Below are positions 28,292-37,249 of a stretch of 64,000 bases of DNA, in pieces; position 1 is the first letter of the stretch; every line of letters begins with the position of its first letter. Both the position numbers and the translations under genes were made by a program. The stretch covers positions 16,298-80,297 of the forward strand of contig JANNVL010000082.1 of NCBI GenBank assembly GCA_031408195.1, given 5' to 3'. The notes under the pieces are model-generated. The model saw only the letters and a program-made list of their open reading frames with translations, was not told the origin of the DNA and did not search any database. Source of the stretch: Sphingomonadales bacterium. Its GTDB lineage: Bacteria > Pseudomonadota > Alphaproteobacteria > Sphingomonadales > Sphingomonadaceae.

Positions 28292-30046
28292 TTATTTCTG
28301 TGCCAGATAGTCGGGCGATGCCATCGTCAGCAGGATGGCGGTATAGACGCGGTTGGTCAGCAACGCCGGCGTGGTCGTGCCGATGCTATCGACCGCAGTA
28401 CGGATGGTCGTAACGGTTGCTGCCGACAATTGCCCTGCCGCGAGCACCGTGTTGACCTCGCCAACCAGCGACGCGCTATCAGTGGCGCGCGTCAGGATCG
28501 CGGTATAGTCGGCGCGGACATCGCCGGTGCCGGACTGGATCAGCGCCTGCATGTAGTTGACGTAAGCGATCACGCTGGGTTCGTTCGTAATCTGCATCTC
28601 GGGGGCAACGAGGCCCGCTGTCGCAATCGCGGTGTTCGGTGGCGTGTAGCCCGGGCGGAAGAAGTTGAACACGCTCGGGCTGTGGCCGATACTCTGCGCC
28701 AGACGGTTCAACGAACTGCTGGTGTTGCCGAATGCCCAAGCGTCGGACGGCGAGGTTGCGCCAAAGGCCCGCGCCCAGTTGGTCAGGCGAATGACCGGCT
28801 CGCGTAATTTGCCGAAGTTTGCCGCGGTCAAATTTGCGTCGGAACGCGCTTCGCTGTCCAACAGGATCGCGCGGATAACAGCCTTCATGTCGCCGCGTAC
28901 GCCCGACCCGTTGTTGGCGAAGACCGCCGACACGCGCCCGACATAGGCCGGGGTGGGGTTGCTGGTGACGAGCCGCTGGATGAGCTGTTTCGAAACGAAC
29001 GGTGGCACGTTGGTGTTGGCAAAGATCGTGTCGAGCGCGATCCGCAGGCTGGCAAAGCCATCGGTATTGGCGGGGATGGTGGTGCCGAGAAACACCTTTG
29101 TACCGAGCTCGTGGTTCGCCGCTTGCTGGACCAACGGACGCCGCAACCGGTCAGGCGTTGTCGAGTCGGTCGAGTCGAGATTGAACCCGGTAAAAACCCG
29201 CGCAAGGCCCGAAACATCGTCCTGTGTGTAGGCATCGATGGCGTTTCCACCCGACGTCTGCACCGTGCCGTCGGCGTCCAATTTGCTCACACCCAGCGTG
29301 AACAGCTGCATCAGTTCGCGTGCATAGTTTTCGTCGGGCTGGGCACCGGTCGCCGCATTGGCTTTGCGGTTGCCGAGATAGGTCAGGTAATAGCCCATTG
29401 CGGGGCTCGTCGTGACCTTGTCGAGGATGTCGCGATAGTTACCGAACGCATTGTCCATCAGGACATCGACGTAATTGCCAGCGGCAAAAGCGCGCCAGTT
29501 GGTGTTCAGCCCGTCGATGCCGACGACGAGAAGGCTCAGCAAGGCATTGCCGACACGCTGGCGCAACTGGTCCTGCCCGGTAATAGCCTGACGCCACATC
29601 GAATTGTCGAAGCCGTTCTGGCCGTTGATGTTGGCCGCCGCATTATAGCCGCCGGCAACAAGCCAGTCCCAGTGGCTGGTCGCACGGGCGGTTGCGAATT
29701 GCTCGGTGATCCAGGCGTCATAACCGCTGGCGACAACCTTAGCGATTTCGGCGCTGGTCGATCCCATCGACGATTGTGCCAGAAAACGGCTCGCTTGGGT
29801 GTTGGTCGGCGGCACGATGACAACGGGTGGGGGCGTCGGGGTCGGCGCGACGCCGGTGGGTGCGCCGCCACCGCCACCGCCACCGCCACAAGCGGCCAAC
29901 GCGAGGGCGGGCAATGTGGCCGACACGATTCCCGCAAGCGATCGTGGCACTGACACGTCATGAACGTCTATTTCGGGCGCGGCCCGGGGCGGATCAGTCA
30001 GGATAACGGTTTCGGCTTCGAGCCGGACTTCCGTGTCGTCGCGCAC
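28292..30046 (-). CDS. DUF1800-family protein, probable lipoprotein; start uncertain
   Basis: LALAAC lipobox followed by a Gly run and Pro/Thr linker; QLRQRV, PAMGYYL, PDENYARELMQLFTLG, GKLREP. Confidence 0.85.
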   Translation of the reverse strand: MRDDTEVRLEAETVILTDPPRAAPEIDVHDVSVPRSLAGIVSATLPALALAACGGGGGGGGAPTGVAPTPTPPPVVIVPPTNTQASRFLAQSSMGSTSAEIAKVVASGYDAWITEQFATARATSHWDWLVAGGYNAAANINGQNGFDNSMWRQAITGQDQLRQRVGNALLSLLVVGIDGLNTNWRAFAAGNYVDVLMDNAFGNYRDILDKVTTSPAMGYYLTYLGNRKANAATGAQPDENYARELMQLFTLGVSKLDADGTVQTSGGNAIDAYTQDDVSGLARVFTGFNLDSTDSTTPDRLRRPLVQQAANHELGTKVFLGTTIPANTDGFASLRIALDTIFANTNVPPFVSKQLIQRLVTSNPTPAYVGRVSAVFANNGSGVRGDMKAVIRAILLDSEARSDANLTAANFGKLREPVIRLTNWARAFGATSPSDAWAFGNTSSSLNRLAQSIGHSPSVFNFFRPGYTPPNTAIATAGLVAPEMQITNEPSVIAYVNYMQALIQSGTGDVRADYTAILTRATDSASLVGEVNTVLAAGQLSAATVTTIRTAVDSIGTTTPALLTNRVYTAILLTMASPDYLAQK

Positions 30047-30197
30047 ACCGATCCCCTTTTTCGTTTCGGAGCGATTATCGGATCTCGGCCCGATTGACGC
30101 ATCTTCGCCTCTGGTTCGTTAATAACTTGTTGCCAGCCCCGTTACGACCTGACGAAAACACTTACGAACGTGCGGCAAGAACCCTTCGCCGCAGAAA

Positions 30198-30464
30198 TCA
30201 GAAACCTTCATCGCGCAGCCGGACGCGGACGCATTGGTCGCGCTCGTATTCGCCATCGACTTCGCGGCGGCACAATTTGCGCGCTTTTTCCTCGGCTTTG
30301 CGGAGCTTGCGGCCACGGTTGCGGTCGGCTTCGGACTGGCTGGTGGTTGCCCAATCGACCCCTTTGGCAGCGACTTTGACCGGGGCGGTCACGACGGAAG
30401 CAACGGTCGACAGGCAGCCGCCGAGAAGCAGGGTGGGCAGGACGATTGTGACGACCTTTATCAT
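30198..30464 (-). CDS. Small hypothetical lipoprotein (88 aa)
   Basis: Signal with LLGGC lipobox, then a basic helical tail (RNRGRKLRKAEEKARK). Lies 11 nt after the monooxygenase stop. Confidence 0.6.
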   Translation of the reverse strand: MIKVVTIVLPTLLLGGCLSTVASVVTAPVKVAAKGVDWATTSQSEADRNRGRKLRKAEEKARKLCRREVDGEYERDQCVRVRLRDEGF

Positions 30465-30475
30465 GCGAGTGATCG

Positions 30476-31540
30476 TTACAGCATCAATGCGCCGTGGTCG
30501 AGATGCGGCAGGACGTGTCGGGCGAACAGGTCTGCTTCTGCGGCGTGCGGATAACCCGAAAGGATGAATGCCTCGATCCCCTCTGCCTGATAGGCGCGCA
30601 GCTTTGCCAGCACCTTATCCGGGTCGCCGACGATGGCGGCTCCGCAACCTGAGCGCGCGCGACCGATCCCGGTCCACAGATTGTCCTCGACATAGCCCTC
30701 ATCGCCCGCCGACGCGCGCAATTCTGCCTGGCGCAGCACGCCGACACTGGTCGAATCGAGCGACTTCGCACGGATCGCGTCGCCGGTTTCGGCATCGAGT
30801 TTCGACAGCAGCCGCGACGCATAGGCCCGCGCTTCGGTCTCGGTTTCGCGTACGATGACATGCGCGCGATAGCCATATTTAAGCGTGCGACCGTGGCGAG
30901 CAGCACGGGCGCGCATGTCACCGATGATCTCGCGCACGGCGGGCATGGTGTCGGGCCACATCAGATAAACGTCGCACCCTTGTGCAGCGGCCTCGCGCGC
31001 GTCTTCCGATAGACCGCCGAAGTATAGCGGTGGACATTTGCCGCTGACCGTCGTCATGCGCGGCGGGTCGATGTCGATCTTATAGTGTTCGCCGTGGGCC
31101 GAGAGATGTTCGCCGTTGAGCAAGGCCTTAAGGATTTTCATGACTTCGAGTGTGCGGGCGTAACGCGGCGCGCTCGCCAGCTTGTCGCCGGGCAGGTCCG
31201 ATGAGATGATGTTCACCGTCATCCGTCCGCCGGTAATCCGGTCGAGCGTCGCAATCTGGCGCGCCAATTGCGGCGGCCAGCTCTCGCCGATGCGGACCGC
31301 CATCAGCAGGCGGATACGGCTGGTGAGCGCAGCAATCGCCGCAGCAAAGGCGGTGGTATCGAGGCCCAACTGATAACCGCTCGGCAACAGGATATTGTCG
31401 AACCCGCCCTTTTCGGCGGTCAGCACGATGTTGCGGCAATGCTCCCACGATGACGCGAGCGCGGGGTCAGGTTGGCCGAGGAATTCATAGTCATCGTCGC
31501 ACAGTGCCGAAAACCAGCTGACTTCGCATTGTCCGCTCAC
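30476..31540 (-). CDS. smoC: LLM-class flavin monooxygenase, sulfoquinovose monooxygenase (SmoC/SquD)-like
   Basis: EVSWFSALCDDDYEFLGQPD..SSWEHC, NIISSD, LYFGG, DVYLMWP and LWTGIGRARSGCGAAIVG closely match my recollection of SmoC. GTG start at 31540 overlaps the AKR stop. Confidence 0.75.
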   Translation of the reverse strand: MSGQCEVSWFSALCDDDYEFLGQPDPALASSWEHCRNIVLTAEKGGFDNILLPSGYQLGLDTTAFAAAIAALTSRIRLLMAVRIGESWPPQLARQIATLDRITGGRMTVNIISSDLPGDKLASAPRYARTLEVMKILKALLNGEHLSAHGEHYKIDIDPPRMTTVSGKCPPLYFGGLSEDAREAAAQGCDVYLMWPDTMPAVREIIGDMRARAARHGRTLKYGYRAHVIVRETETEARAYASRLLSKLDAETGDAIRAKSLDSTSVGVLRQAELRASAGDEGYVEDNLWTGIGRARSGCGAAIVGDPDKVLAKLRAYQAEGIEAFILSGYPHAAEADLFARHVLPHLDHGALML

Positions 31541-32454
31541 GGCAATTTCTCCCCGCGCGAGGCCACCAATACCGCATACCAGCTCTCGCGTGTCCAACTG
31601 ATCTTATAGGCGTCGGCGGCTTCGCGGATGCGGTCGACATGCTGCGACCCGACAATGGGGATGGGGCGGGCGGGGTGCGCCATGATCCAGCTATAGGCGG
31701 CGGCGGTTCGCGATACCCCGTGCGCGTTTGCAACGCTGTCGAGTGCTGCCGCAACTGCCGTCTCGCGCGCATTGGTCGGGTTGGCAATCCGCCCCCCGCC
31801 GAGCGGCGACCACGCCATCGGCGCAAGATCGTATTGCATGGCGATGTCGAGCGTCCTGTCCTGAATAGCGCTTAGTTCGAGCGGCGAAATCTCGGGCTGG
31901 ATCGTCGAGAGCGTGATACCGTGCGCGGGCATAAGCGCTTGCAGCGTGCGGGTCTGCGCGGGGGTGAAGTTCGACACCCCGAAAGCGCCGATCTTGCCAA
32001 GCGCATAGGCTTTCTCGGCAAATTTTGCGATTTCGTGCGGGTGGGTGAGGATGTCGGGGCGGTGGATCTGATAGAGATCGACGCGGGGGATGCCCATTCG
32101 CCGAAGTGAGGCATCAAGCGCGGCGTCGAGATAAGCTGGTGAACTGTCATAGGGCAACGGCGGCATGATCCCGCCCTTGGTTGCCAGCACCATGCGGTCA
32201 CGCAGATGCGGAGCTTCGGCAAAAACTTGCCCCAACAGCGTCTCCGCGTTGCCGAACCCGCCGCTGCCGTCGAAGCCATAGATGTCGGCGGTGTCGAGCA
32301 GGGTGATCCCCGAGTCGAGCGCCGCCTCGACCAGCGCCCGCGCCTCGACAACACTGCGTCCGGCAAAGCGCCACATCCCCCATGCCATCGACGAAATGAC
32401 GATCCCGCTCTTGCCAAGTAGGCGCGTCGCGGGGACGGGGGGAAGGGTGGACAT
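31537..32454 (-). CDS. smoB: Aldo/keto reductase, 6-oxo-glucose reductase (SmoB/SquF)-like
   Basis: WGMWR, DTADIYG, LATKGG, YQIHRPD, GVSNF, MAWSPLGGG; coupled to the smoC-like gene. Confidence 0.7.
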   Translation of the reverse strand: MSTLPPVPATRLLGKSGIVISSMAWGMWRFAGRSVVEARALVEAALDSGITLLDTADIYGFDGSGGFGNAETLLGQVFAEAPHLRDRMVLATKGGIMPPLPYDSSPAYLDAALDASLRRMGIPRVDLYQIHRPDILTHPHEIAKFAEKAYALGKIGAFGVSNFTPAQTRTLQALMPAHGITLSTIQPEISPLELSAIQDRTLDIAMQYDLAPMAWSPLGGGRIANPTNARETAVAAALDSVANAHGVSRTAAAYSWIMAHPARPIPIVGSQHVDRIREAADAYKISWTRESWYAVLVASRGEKLP

Positions 32455-32473
32455 CAGCGTAATAGCTCCGGCG

Positions 32474-32489
32474 TATGACAGCGATGTCT
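32474..32489 (-). promoter_or_regulatory. LacI-type operator, copy A
   Basis: Minus strand reads AGACATCGCTGTCATA, identical to 33621-33636; pseudo-palindrome with central CG; about 20 nt upstream of the AKR ATG. Confidence 0.8.
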
Positions 32490-32514
32490 TATAGGCGAGA
32501 GGGAGGGGGTGGGG

Positions 32515-33519
32515 TCAACCCACCCGCGCCGTACTCGATCTCACCACCAGTTCGTGTTGCAACCGCCGGTGCTCGACCCCGTCGACTTTCTCGAACAACA
32601 AATTGGCTGCCGCAAAGGCAAGATCGCGGGTCGGCTGGCGGATCGTCGTCAACGGAGGCCACACCAGTTGCGCCAGTGGCGTGTCGTCGAACCCCGCCAC
32701 CGACAGATCGTCGGGCAAAGTCAGCCCCTTGCTGTGGGCCACCGTCAGCACACCTGCCGCCATATCGTCATTCGACGCGAAGATTGCGGTCGGGCGGCGG
32801 GGATAGCTGAGCAGTGAGTGCGCCGCGACAACGCCGCTGGCGAAGTCGAATTCTCCGGGGTGGACAAGGCCCGGCTCATATTCGATCCCTGCGCGGTCGA
32901 GCGCGCGGCGGTATCCGAACAGGCGCTGTTCGCTCGCCATATGGTTGGGGTGGCCGACAATGAACCCGATGACCCGGTGGCCCAGATTGATGAGGTGCGT
33001 CGTCATATCGTCCGCCGCCTGTACATCGTCCATATAGACGGACGAGGTCAGCGCATGGTTAGTGCCCGGTGAAATCCGCACGAACGGGATGCCGCGCCGT
33101 TCAAGTTCGGCGAGCACCGGCGCGCAATCGGTGACGGGAGACGACAGGATGATGCCGTCGACATGCGTTTCGTCAATCAGGCCGCCGACTTCCGCTGCGA
33201 TGCTTTCCGAAGCGACGTCGGCGGGCTGAGCGAGCATCCGCACGCCCGCTTCACGACACCGCGCCCAGACGCCTTCCTGAACGGCATGGATGTAATAGGG
33301 CGAGTGGTTGTCATAGATCAGCGCAATCTGGTGCGAGCGTTTGCCCGCCAGCGAGCGTGCCGCCAGGCTGGGGCTGAAGGCCAGCGCGGCCATTGCCGCC
33401 TCGACTTTCGCACGGGTGTCGGCGCGGACATAGCGTTCCTTGTTGAGGACGCGGCTCACCGTTTTGATCGACACGCCCGCCGCGCGCGCCACATCGTTGA
33501 TCGTATTGCGCGATGCCAT
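32515..33519 (-). CDS. LacI-family transcriptional regulator
   Basis: TINDVARAAGVSIKTVSRVLN HTH, IFASNDDMA, SVAGFDD, LTTIRQP. Confidence 0.95.
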   Translation of the reverse strand: MASRNTINDVARAAGVSIKTVSRVLNKERYVRADTRAKVEAAMAALAFSPSLAARSLAGKRSHQIALIYDNHSPYYIHAVQEGVWARCREAGVRMLAQPADVASESIAAEVGGLIDETHVDGIILSSPVTDCAPVLAELERRGIPFVRISPGTNHALTSSVYMDDVQAADDMTTHLINLGHRVIGFIVGHPNHMASEQRLFGYRRALDRAGIEYEPGLVHPGEFDFASGVVAAHSLLSYPRRPTAIFASNDDMAAGVLTVAHSKGLTLPDDLSVAGFDDTPLAQLVWPPLTTIRQPTRDLAFAAANLLFEKVDGVEHRRLQHELVVRSSTARVG

Positions 33520-33620
33520 GTGCGTACCCCTGTGGCGTTGTTGTAACCGCGCAACACCGTCCGGCGCAACGACTCTCGCCCCTTGCGGACCGTATCGATT
33601 CCATGCGAATGCACAATTTC

Positions 33621-33636
33621 AGACATCGCTGTCATA
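33621..33636 (+). promoter_or_regulatory. LacI-type operator, copy B
   Basis: AGACATCGCTGTCATA, 21 nt upstream of the Gfo/Idh/MocA ATG; identical to copy A. Confidence 0.8.
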
Positions 33637-33657
33637 AGCAGTGGTGCGGGGAGGAAG

Positions 33658-34734
33658 ATGACGCTGCGCTACGGCCTTGTCGGCACCGGCATGATGGGCA
33701 TCGAGCACATCAACAATGTCGCGATCACGCCGGGTGCCGAGATCGTGGCGCTCGCCGATCCTGTCGATACGTCGCTGTCCTGGGCAAAGAATGCGCTGGG
33801 CGAAGGTGCCACTCCGCAAGTGTTTTCTAGCGCCGCCGAACTGGCCAACGCAGGTCTCGATGCCGTGATCGTCGCCAGCCCCAACTACACCCACCGCGCG
33901 GTGCTTGAACCGCTGTTCGATGCAGGCCTCAACATCCTGTGCGAAAAACCAGTGGCGACGATCGTCGAGGACGCGCGCTGGATCGTCGAGCGCGCCGCGC
34001 AGTCTCCGGGCATTTTCTGGACCGCGATGGAATATCGCTTCATGCCGCCCGCCGCCGAATTCGTTCGGCAGGTGCACGACGGGCGCACCGGCAAATTGCA
34101 GATGCTCAGCATCCGCGAGCACCGATTCCCCTTCTTGCCGAAGGTCGGAGACTGGAACCGTTTCGCCGAAAACACTGGCGGGACGATGGTCGAGAAATGC
34201 TGCCATTTCTTCGACCTGATGCGCCTGATTATCGGCAGCGAGGCGGTGCGCGTCTTTTGCTCGGGCGCAATGGACGTGAACCATCTCGACGAGACCTACG
34301 ATGGTCGCACACCCGACATAATCGACAACAGCTATACGACAGTGGACTTTGCCAATGGCGTGCGGGCGATGCTTGACCTGTCGATGTTTGCCGAAGGGGC
34401 GGAGAATCAGGAAGAGATTACGGCGGTCGGCGACAAGGCGCGGCTCGATTGCCTGATCCCGGCCGGCGACCTCGTGTTTTCCCCACGCACCGGGTTCATG
34501 CAGCCCAAGGCCGTGACGCGCGAGCATGTTGCGGTCGAGGCCCATGCGCTGAACGCCGGGCACCACCATGGCGCGACCTTTTACCAGCACCAGAAATTCT
34601 GTGCTGCCGTGAAAGGCGAGGGTGCCGTAGAAGTATCTGCGACCGACGGGATGATGGCGGTCGCCATCGGCACCGCCGCCGAAATCAGCGCACGCGAACA
34701 CCGCGTCGTCGAGATGAGTGAATTGGGTTTCTAA
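33658..34734 (+). CDS. Gfo/Idh/MocA-family protein, probable NAD+-dependent sulfoquinovosidase (GH188, SqgA-like)
   Basis: GTGMMG, CEKP, MEYRF, REHRFPFLPKVGDWNRF, GGTMVEKCCHFFDL. Start ATG 33658 after GGGGAGG. Context fits a SQ locus. Confidence 0.75.
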   Translation: MTLRYGLVGTGMMGIEHINNVAITPGAEIVALADPVDTSLSWAKNALGEGATPQVFSSAAELANAGLDAVIVASPNYTHRAVLEPLFDAGLNILCEKPVATIVEDARWIVERAAQSPGIFWTAMEYRFMPPAAEFVRQVHDGRTGKLQMLSIREHRFPFLPKVGDWNRFAENTGGTMVEKCCHFFDLMRLIIGSEAVRVFCSGAMDVNHLDETYDGRTPDIIDNSYTTVDFANGVRAMLDLSMFAEGAENQEEITAVGDKARLDCLIPAGDLVFSPRTGFMQPKAVTREHVAVEAHALNAGHHHGATFYQHQKFCAAVKGEGAVEVSATDGMMAVAIGTAAEISAREHRVVEMSELGF

Positions 34735-34786
34735 TCAAACAAATGGCAACGGCCACGGGCCGCGCCACACGCAGGAAGGACGAAAA

Positions 34787-37177
34787 ATGACCAAGACCCT
34801 GATGATGGCAAGTGTTGCCGGTTTTGCCCTGATTACCGCTGCCCCCGCGCTGGCGCAGGGTGCCGCTCCGGCAGCCGAGGACGGCGCACCTGCCGAAATC
34901 GTCGTCACCGCGCAAAAGCGCACCGAGCGTCTGCAGGACGTGCCGGTTGCGGTCAGCGTCATTTCGGGCGCGTCGCTCGAAGCCAAGGGCGGTGTGAACA
35001 TCGAGAGCGCGCAGTATCTCGTGCCCACCTTGAACTTCCGCAAATCGGGCGCCGCGATCAACCAGTCGCTGTTCCTGCGTGGTGTCGGCACCTCGACTTT
35101 CTCGATCGCCGGTGAGCCTTCGGTTTCGACCGTTGTCGACGGCGTCGTGTTTAGCCGCGCGGGCGAAGCATTTAGCGATTTGGTCGATATCGAGCGGATC
35201 GAAGTGCTGCGCGGGCCGCAGGGCACATTGTTCGGCAAGAACGCGAGCGCGGGCGTGGTCAACATCGTGACCAAAAAGCCGACCAAGGATCTGGAAGGCT
35301 CGGTCGAAGCAAGCTATTTCGACCGCAGCGAGTTCAAGGGACGTGCGGTCATCAACCTGCCGTTTAGCGACACAGCGGGCATCCGCGTCACCGGCTTCTA
35401 CGGTAAGTATAACGGCAATATCTTCAACGCGGCAGCCAATGTGAACCGCAATGTCAACGGTTACGAGCGTTATGGCTTCCGCGCGACCATCGTCGGCGAA
35501 ATTACGCCCGACCTGATCGCCACGATCAGTGCCGACTGGCGCAAAGCGAACGACGAATGCTGTGCGGAAGTGATCGGCGGCATCAACCCGACCGGCACCG
35601 CCATCGCGCCGCCGACTGGCCTCGCGTTGCTCGCGCTGGCCGGCACCAACTTCGCTGGCGATCAGTCGCGCATCATTCGCCAGAACCTGATCACGGCAAG
35701 CCGTCAGACGAGCTATGGCACGTCAGTGCAGCTCGATTGGCAGCTCGGCACGCAAACGGTCACATCGATCACCGCCTTTCGTGCCTATAACGAGCTTGAA
35801 GTTCGCGACGGCGACTTCGTCGATACGGCGTATAACGGTTTGAACCAGTTGCACGACGTAGGGCCGCAGACGGGTCGCACCTTCACGCAGGAATTCCGCC
35901 TGACCTCGCCGGGCGGCCAGTTCTTCAACTATGTGCTGGGTGCCTTCTACAGCTGGGCGAAAACCGACCGCACTTTCACGCGCAACGACATCGTCTGCAA
36001 CTCCACGCCCGCACCGACGGTGCTGATCCCTTGCGGATCGATCGGGACAAACCCGCCGCCAGCATCGACTTTCCCGACGGGCACAGCGACCTTTGGCTCG
36101 GTGTTCAAGAACCTCGCGTTCTTTGGACAGGGCACGATCAATATTGCCGATAACTTCCGCCTGATCGCCGGTCTGCGTTACACGGCGGATCAGCTCGATG
36201 TATCCCTCGGCCGTACGACGGCGCTTGCGGGACCGGGCATCCAACCGAACTTCGACGCGGGCGTGTTCAACAACGGCGCAACCAATCCAGCAGGCGGGTT
36301 TATCGCGGGTCCGTCGAACGGTGTGCCGTTCACGAACAAGGCCACCAGCACCAACTGGTCGGGCAAGGCAGGCGCGCAGTTCGACCTGAGCCGCAACTCG
36401 ACCGTCTACGCAACCTATTCGCGTGGCTATAAGGGGCCGGCGTTCAACATCTTCTTCAACCTGACCGCGACCGGTTCAGGCGTGATCGACCCCGAAACCT
36501 CGGACGCGTTCGAAATCGGCGCGAAGAACACGTTGTTCGGTGGCAAGCTCGTGCTGAACCTCGCGGCCTATTACGCGAAGTACAAGAACTTCCAGGCCAA
36601 CAACCCCGACATCGTCGCGGGCGTGGTGGTGACGCGGTTTACGAACGCGGGCGACATTTCGACCCGCGGCATCGAAGCGGACTTCATCCTCCGTCCGGTG
36701 CGCGACCTCAACATCTCGGGCGGCGTCGCCTATACCGATGCGAAGGTCGATGCGTTCCGCGCACCGCCGGGCGCTGCGGCCACAGCGATCGTGCCGTCGG
36801 GAACGCCGCTCGCCTATGCACCGAAGTTCAAGGCATCACTGGGCGTCGATTACCGCTGGCGCACCGGTGGCAGCATCGACGCACGCTTCGGCGCGCAGGG
36901 ATCGTACCAGTCGAGCCAGTTGTCGCTGTTCGACCCGAATCCAATCGTGCGCGAAGCGGGCAGGATCAAGGCCTATGGGCTTGTCGATCTGTCGGCAGGG
37001 ATCATCAGTGCCGATGATCGCTATAGCCTGACGCTTCAGGTCAAGAACGCGTTCAACCAGAGCTTTGCCGCGGCCATCACCAACGGTGGACCGGGCGGTG
37101 CCTACCGCTACCTGATCCCGCGCGAGGCTGACCGGTATTTCGGCGTGACCGGCAAGATCAGCTTCGGCGGTCGCTGA
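34787..37177 (+). CDS. TonB-dependent receptor
   Basis: Signal peptide, TonB box EIVVTAQKR, LRGVGT, DIERIEVLRGPQGTLFGKN, terminal beta strand. Start ATG 34787. Confidence 0.95.
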   Translation: MTKTLMMASVAGFALITAAPALAQGAAPAAEDGAPAEIVVTAQKRTERLQDVPVAVSVISGASLEAKGGVNIESAQYLVPTLNFRKSGAAINQSLFLRGVGTSTFSIAGEPSVSTVVDGVVFSRAGEAFSDLVDIERIEVLRGPQGTLFGKNASAGVVNIVTKKPTKDLEGSVEASYFDRSEFKGRAVINLPFSDTAGIRVTGFYGKYNGNIFNAAANVNRNVNGYERYGFRATIVGEITPDLIATISADWRKANDECCAEVIGGINPTGTAIAPPTGLALLALAGTNFAGDQSRIIRQNLITASRQTSYGTSVQLDWQLGTQTVTSITAFRAYNELEVRDGDFVDTAYNGLNQLHDVGPQTGRTFTQEFRLTSPGGQFFNYVLGAFYSWAKTDRTFTRNDIVCNSTPAPTVLIPCGSIGTNPPPASTFPTGTATFGSVFKNLAFFGQGTINIADNFRLIAGLRYTADQLDVSLGRTTALAGPGIQPNFDAGVFNNGATNPAGGFIAGPSNGVPFTNKATSTNWSGKAGAQFDLSRNSTVYATYSRGYKGPAFNIFFNLTATGSGVIDPETSDAFEIGAKNTLFGGKLVLNLAAYYAKYKNFQANNPDIVAGVVVTRFTNAGDISTRGIEADFILRPVRDLNISGGVAYTDAKVDAFRAPPGAAATAIVPSGTPLAYAPKFKASLGVDYRWRTGGSIDARFGAQGSYQSSQLSLFDPNPIVREAGRIKAYGLVDLSAGIISADDRYSLTLQVKNAFNQSFAAAITNGGPGGAYRYLIPREADRYFGVTGKISFGGR

Positions 37178-37185
37178 TTCGAATG

Positions 37186-37225
37186 AGTTGCCAGCGGGCA
37201 CCCAAAAGCTGCTCCGCTGGCAACT
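37186..37225 (+). terminator. Intergenic stem-loop after the TonB receptor (terminator or RNA stabiliser)
   Basis: 12-bp perfect stem AGTTGCCAGCGG/CCGCTGGCAACT with no strong U tract. Confidence 0.5.
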
Positions 37226-37249
37226 TCCGATTAAGGGGCTGAAAGCAGC

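Noticed and set aside
29860-29890. (CCA/CCG)n and ACGCCG-type short tandem repeats here and at about 40785-40810 and 47160-47200
   Set aside because: They encode Gly, Pro-Thr and Thr linkers in lipoproteins and GspD; not contingency loci or CRISPR.
30476-31540. Alkanesulfonate monooxygenase SsuD of a sulfur-starvation ssu operon
   Set aside because: No ssuABC or ssuE nearby, control appears to be by a sugar-type LacI, and the motifs and neighbours fit the SmoC/SquD clade better.
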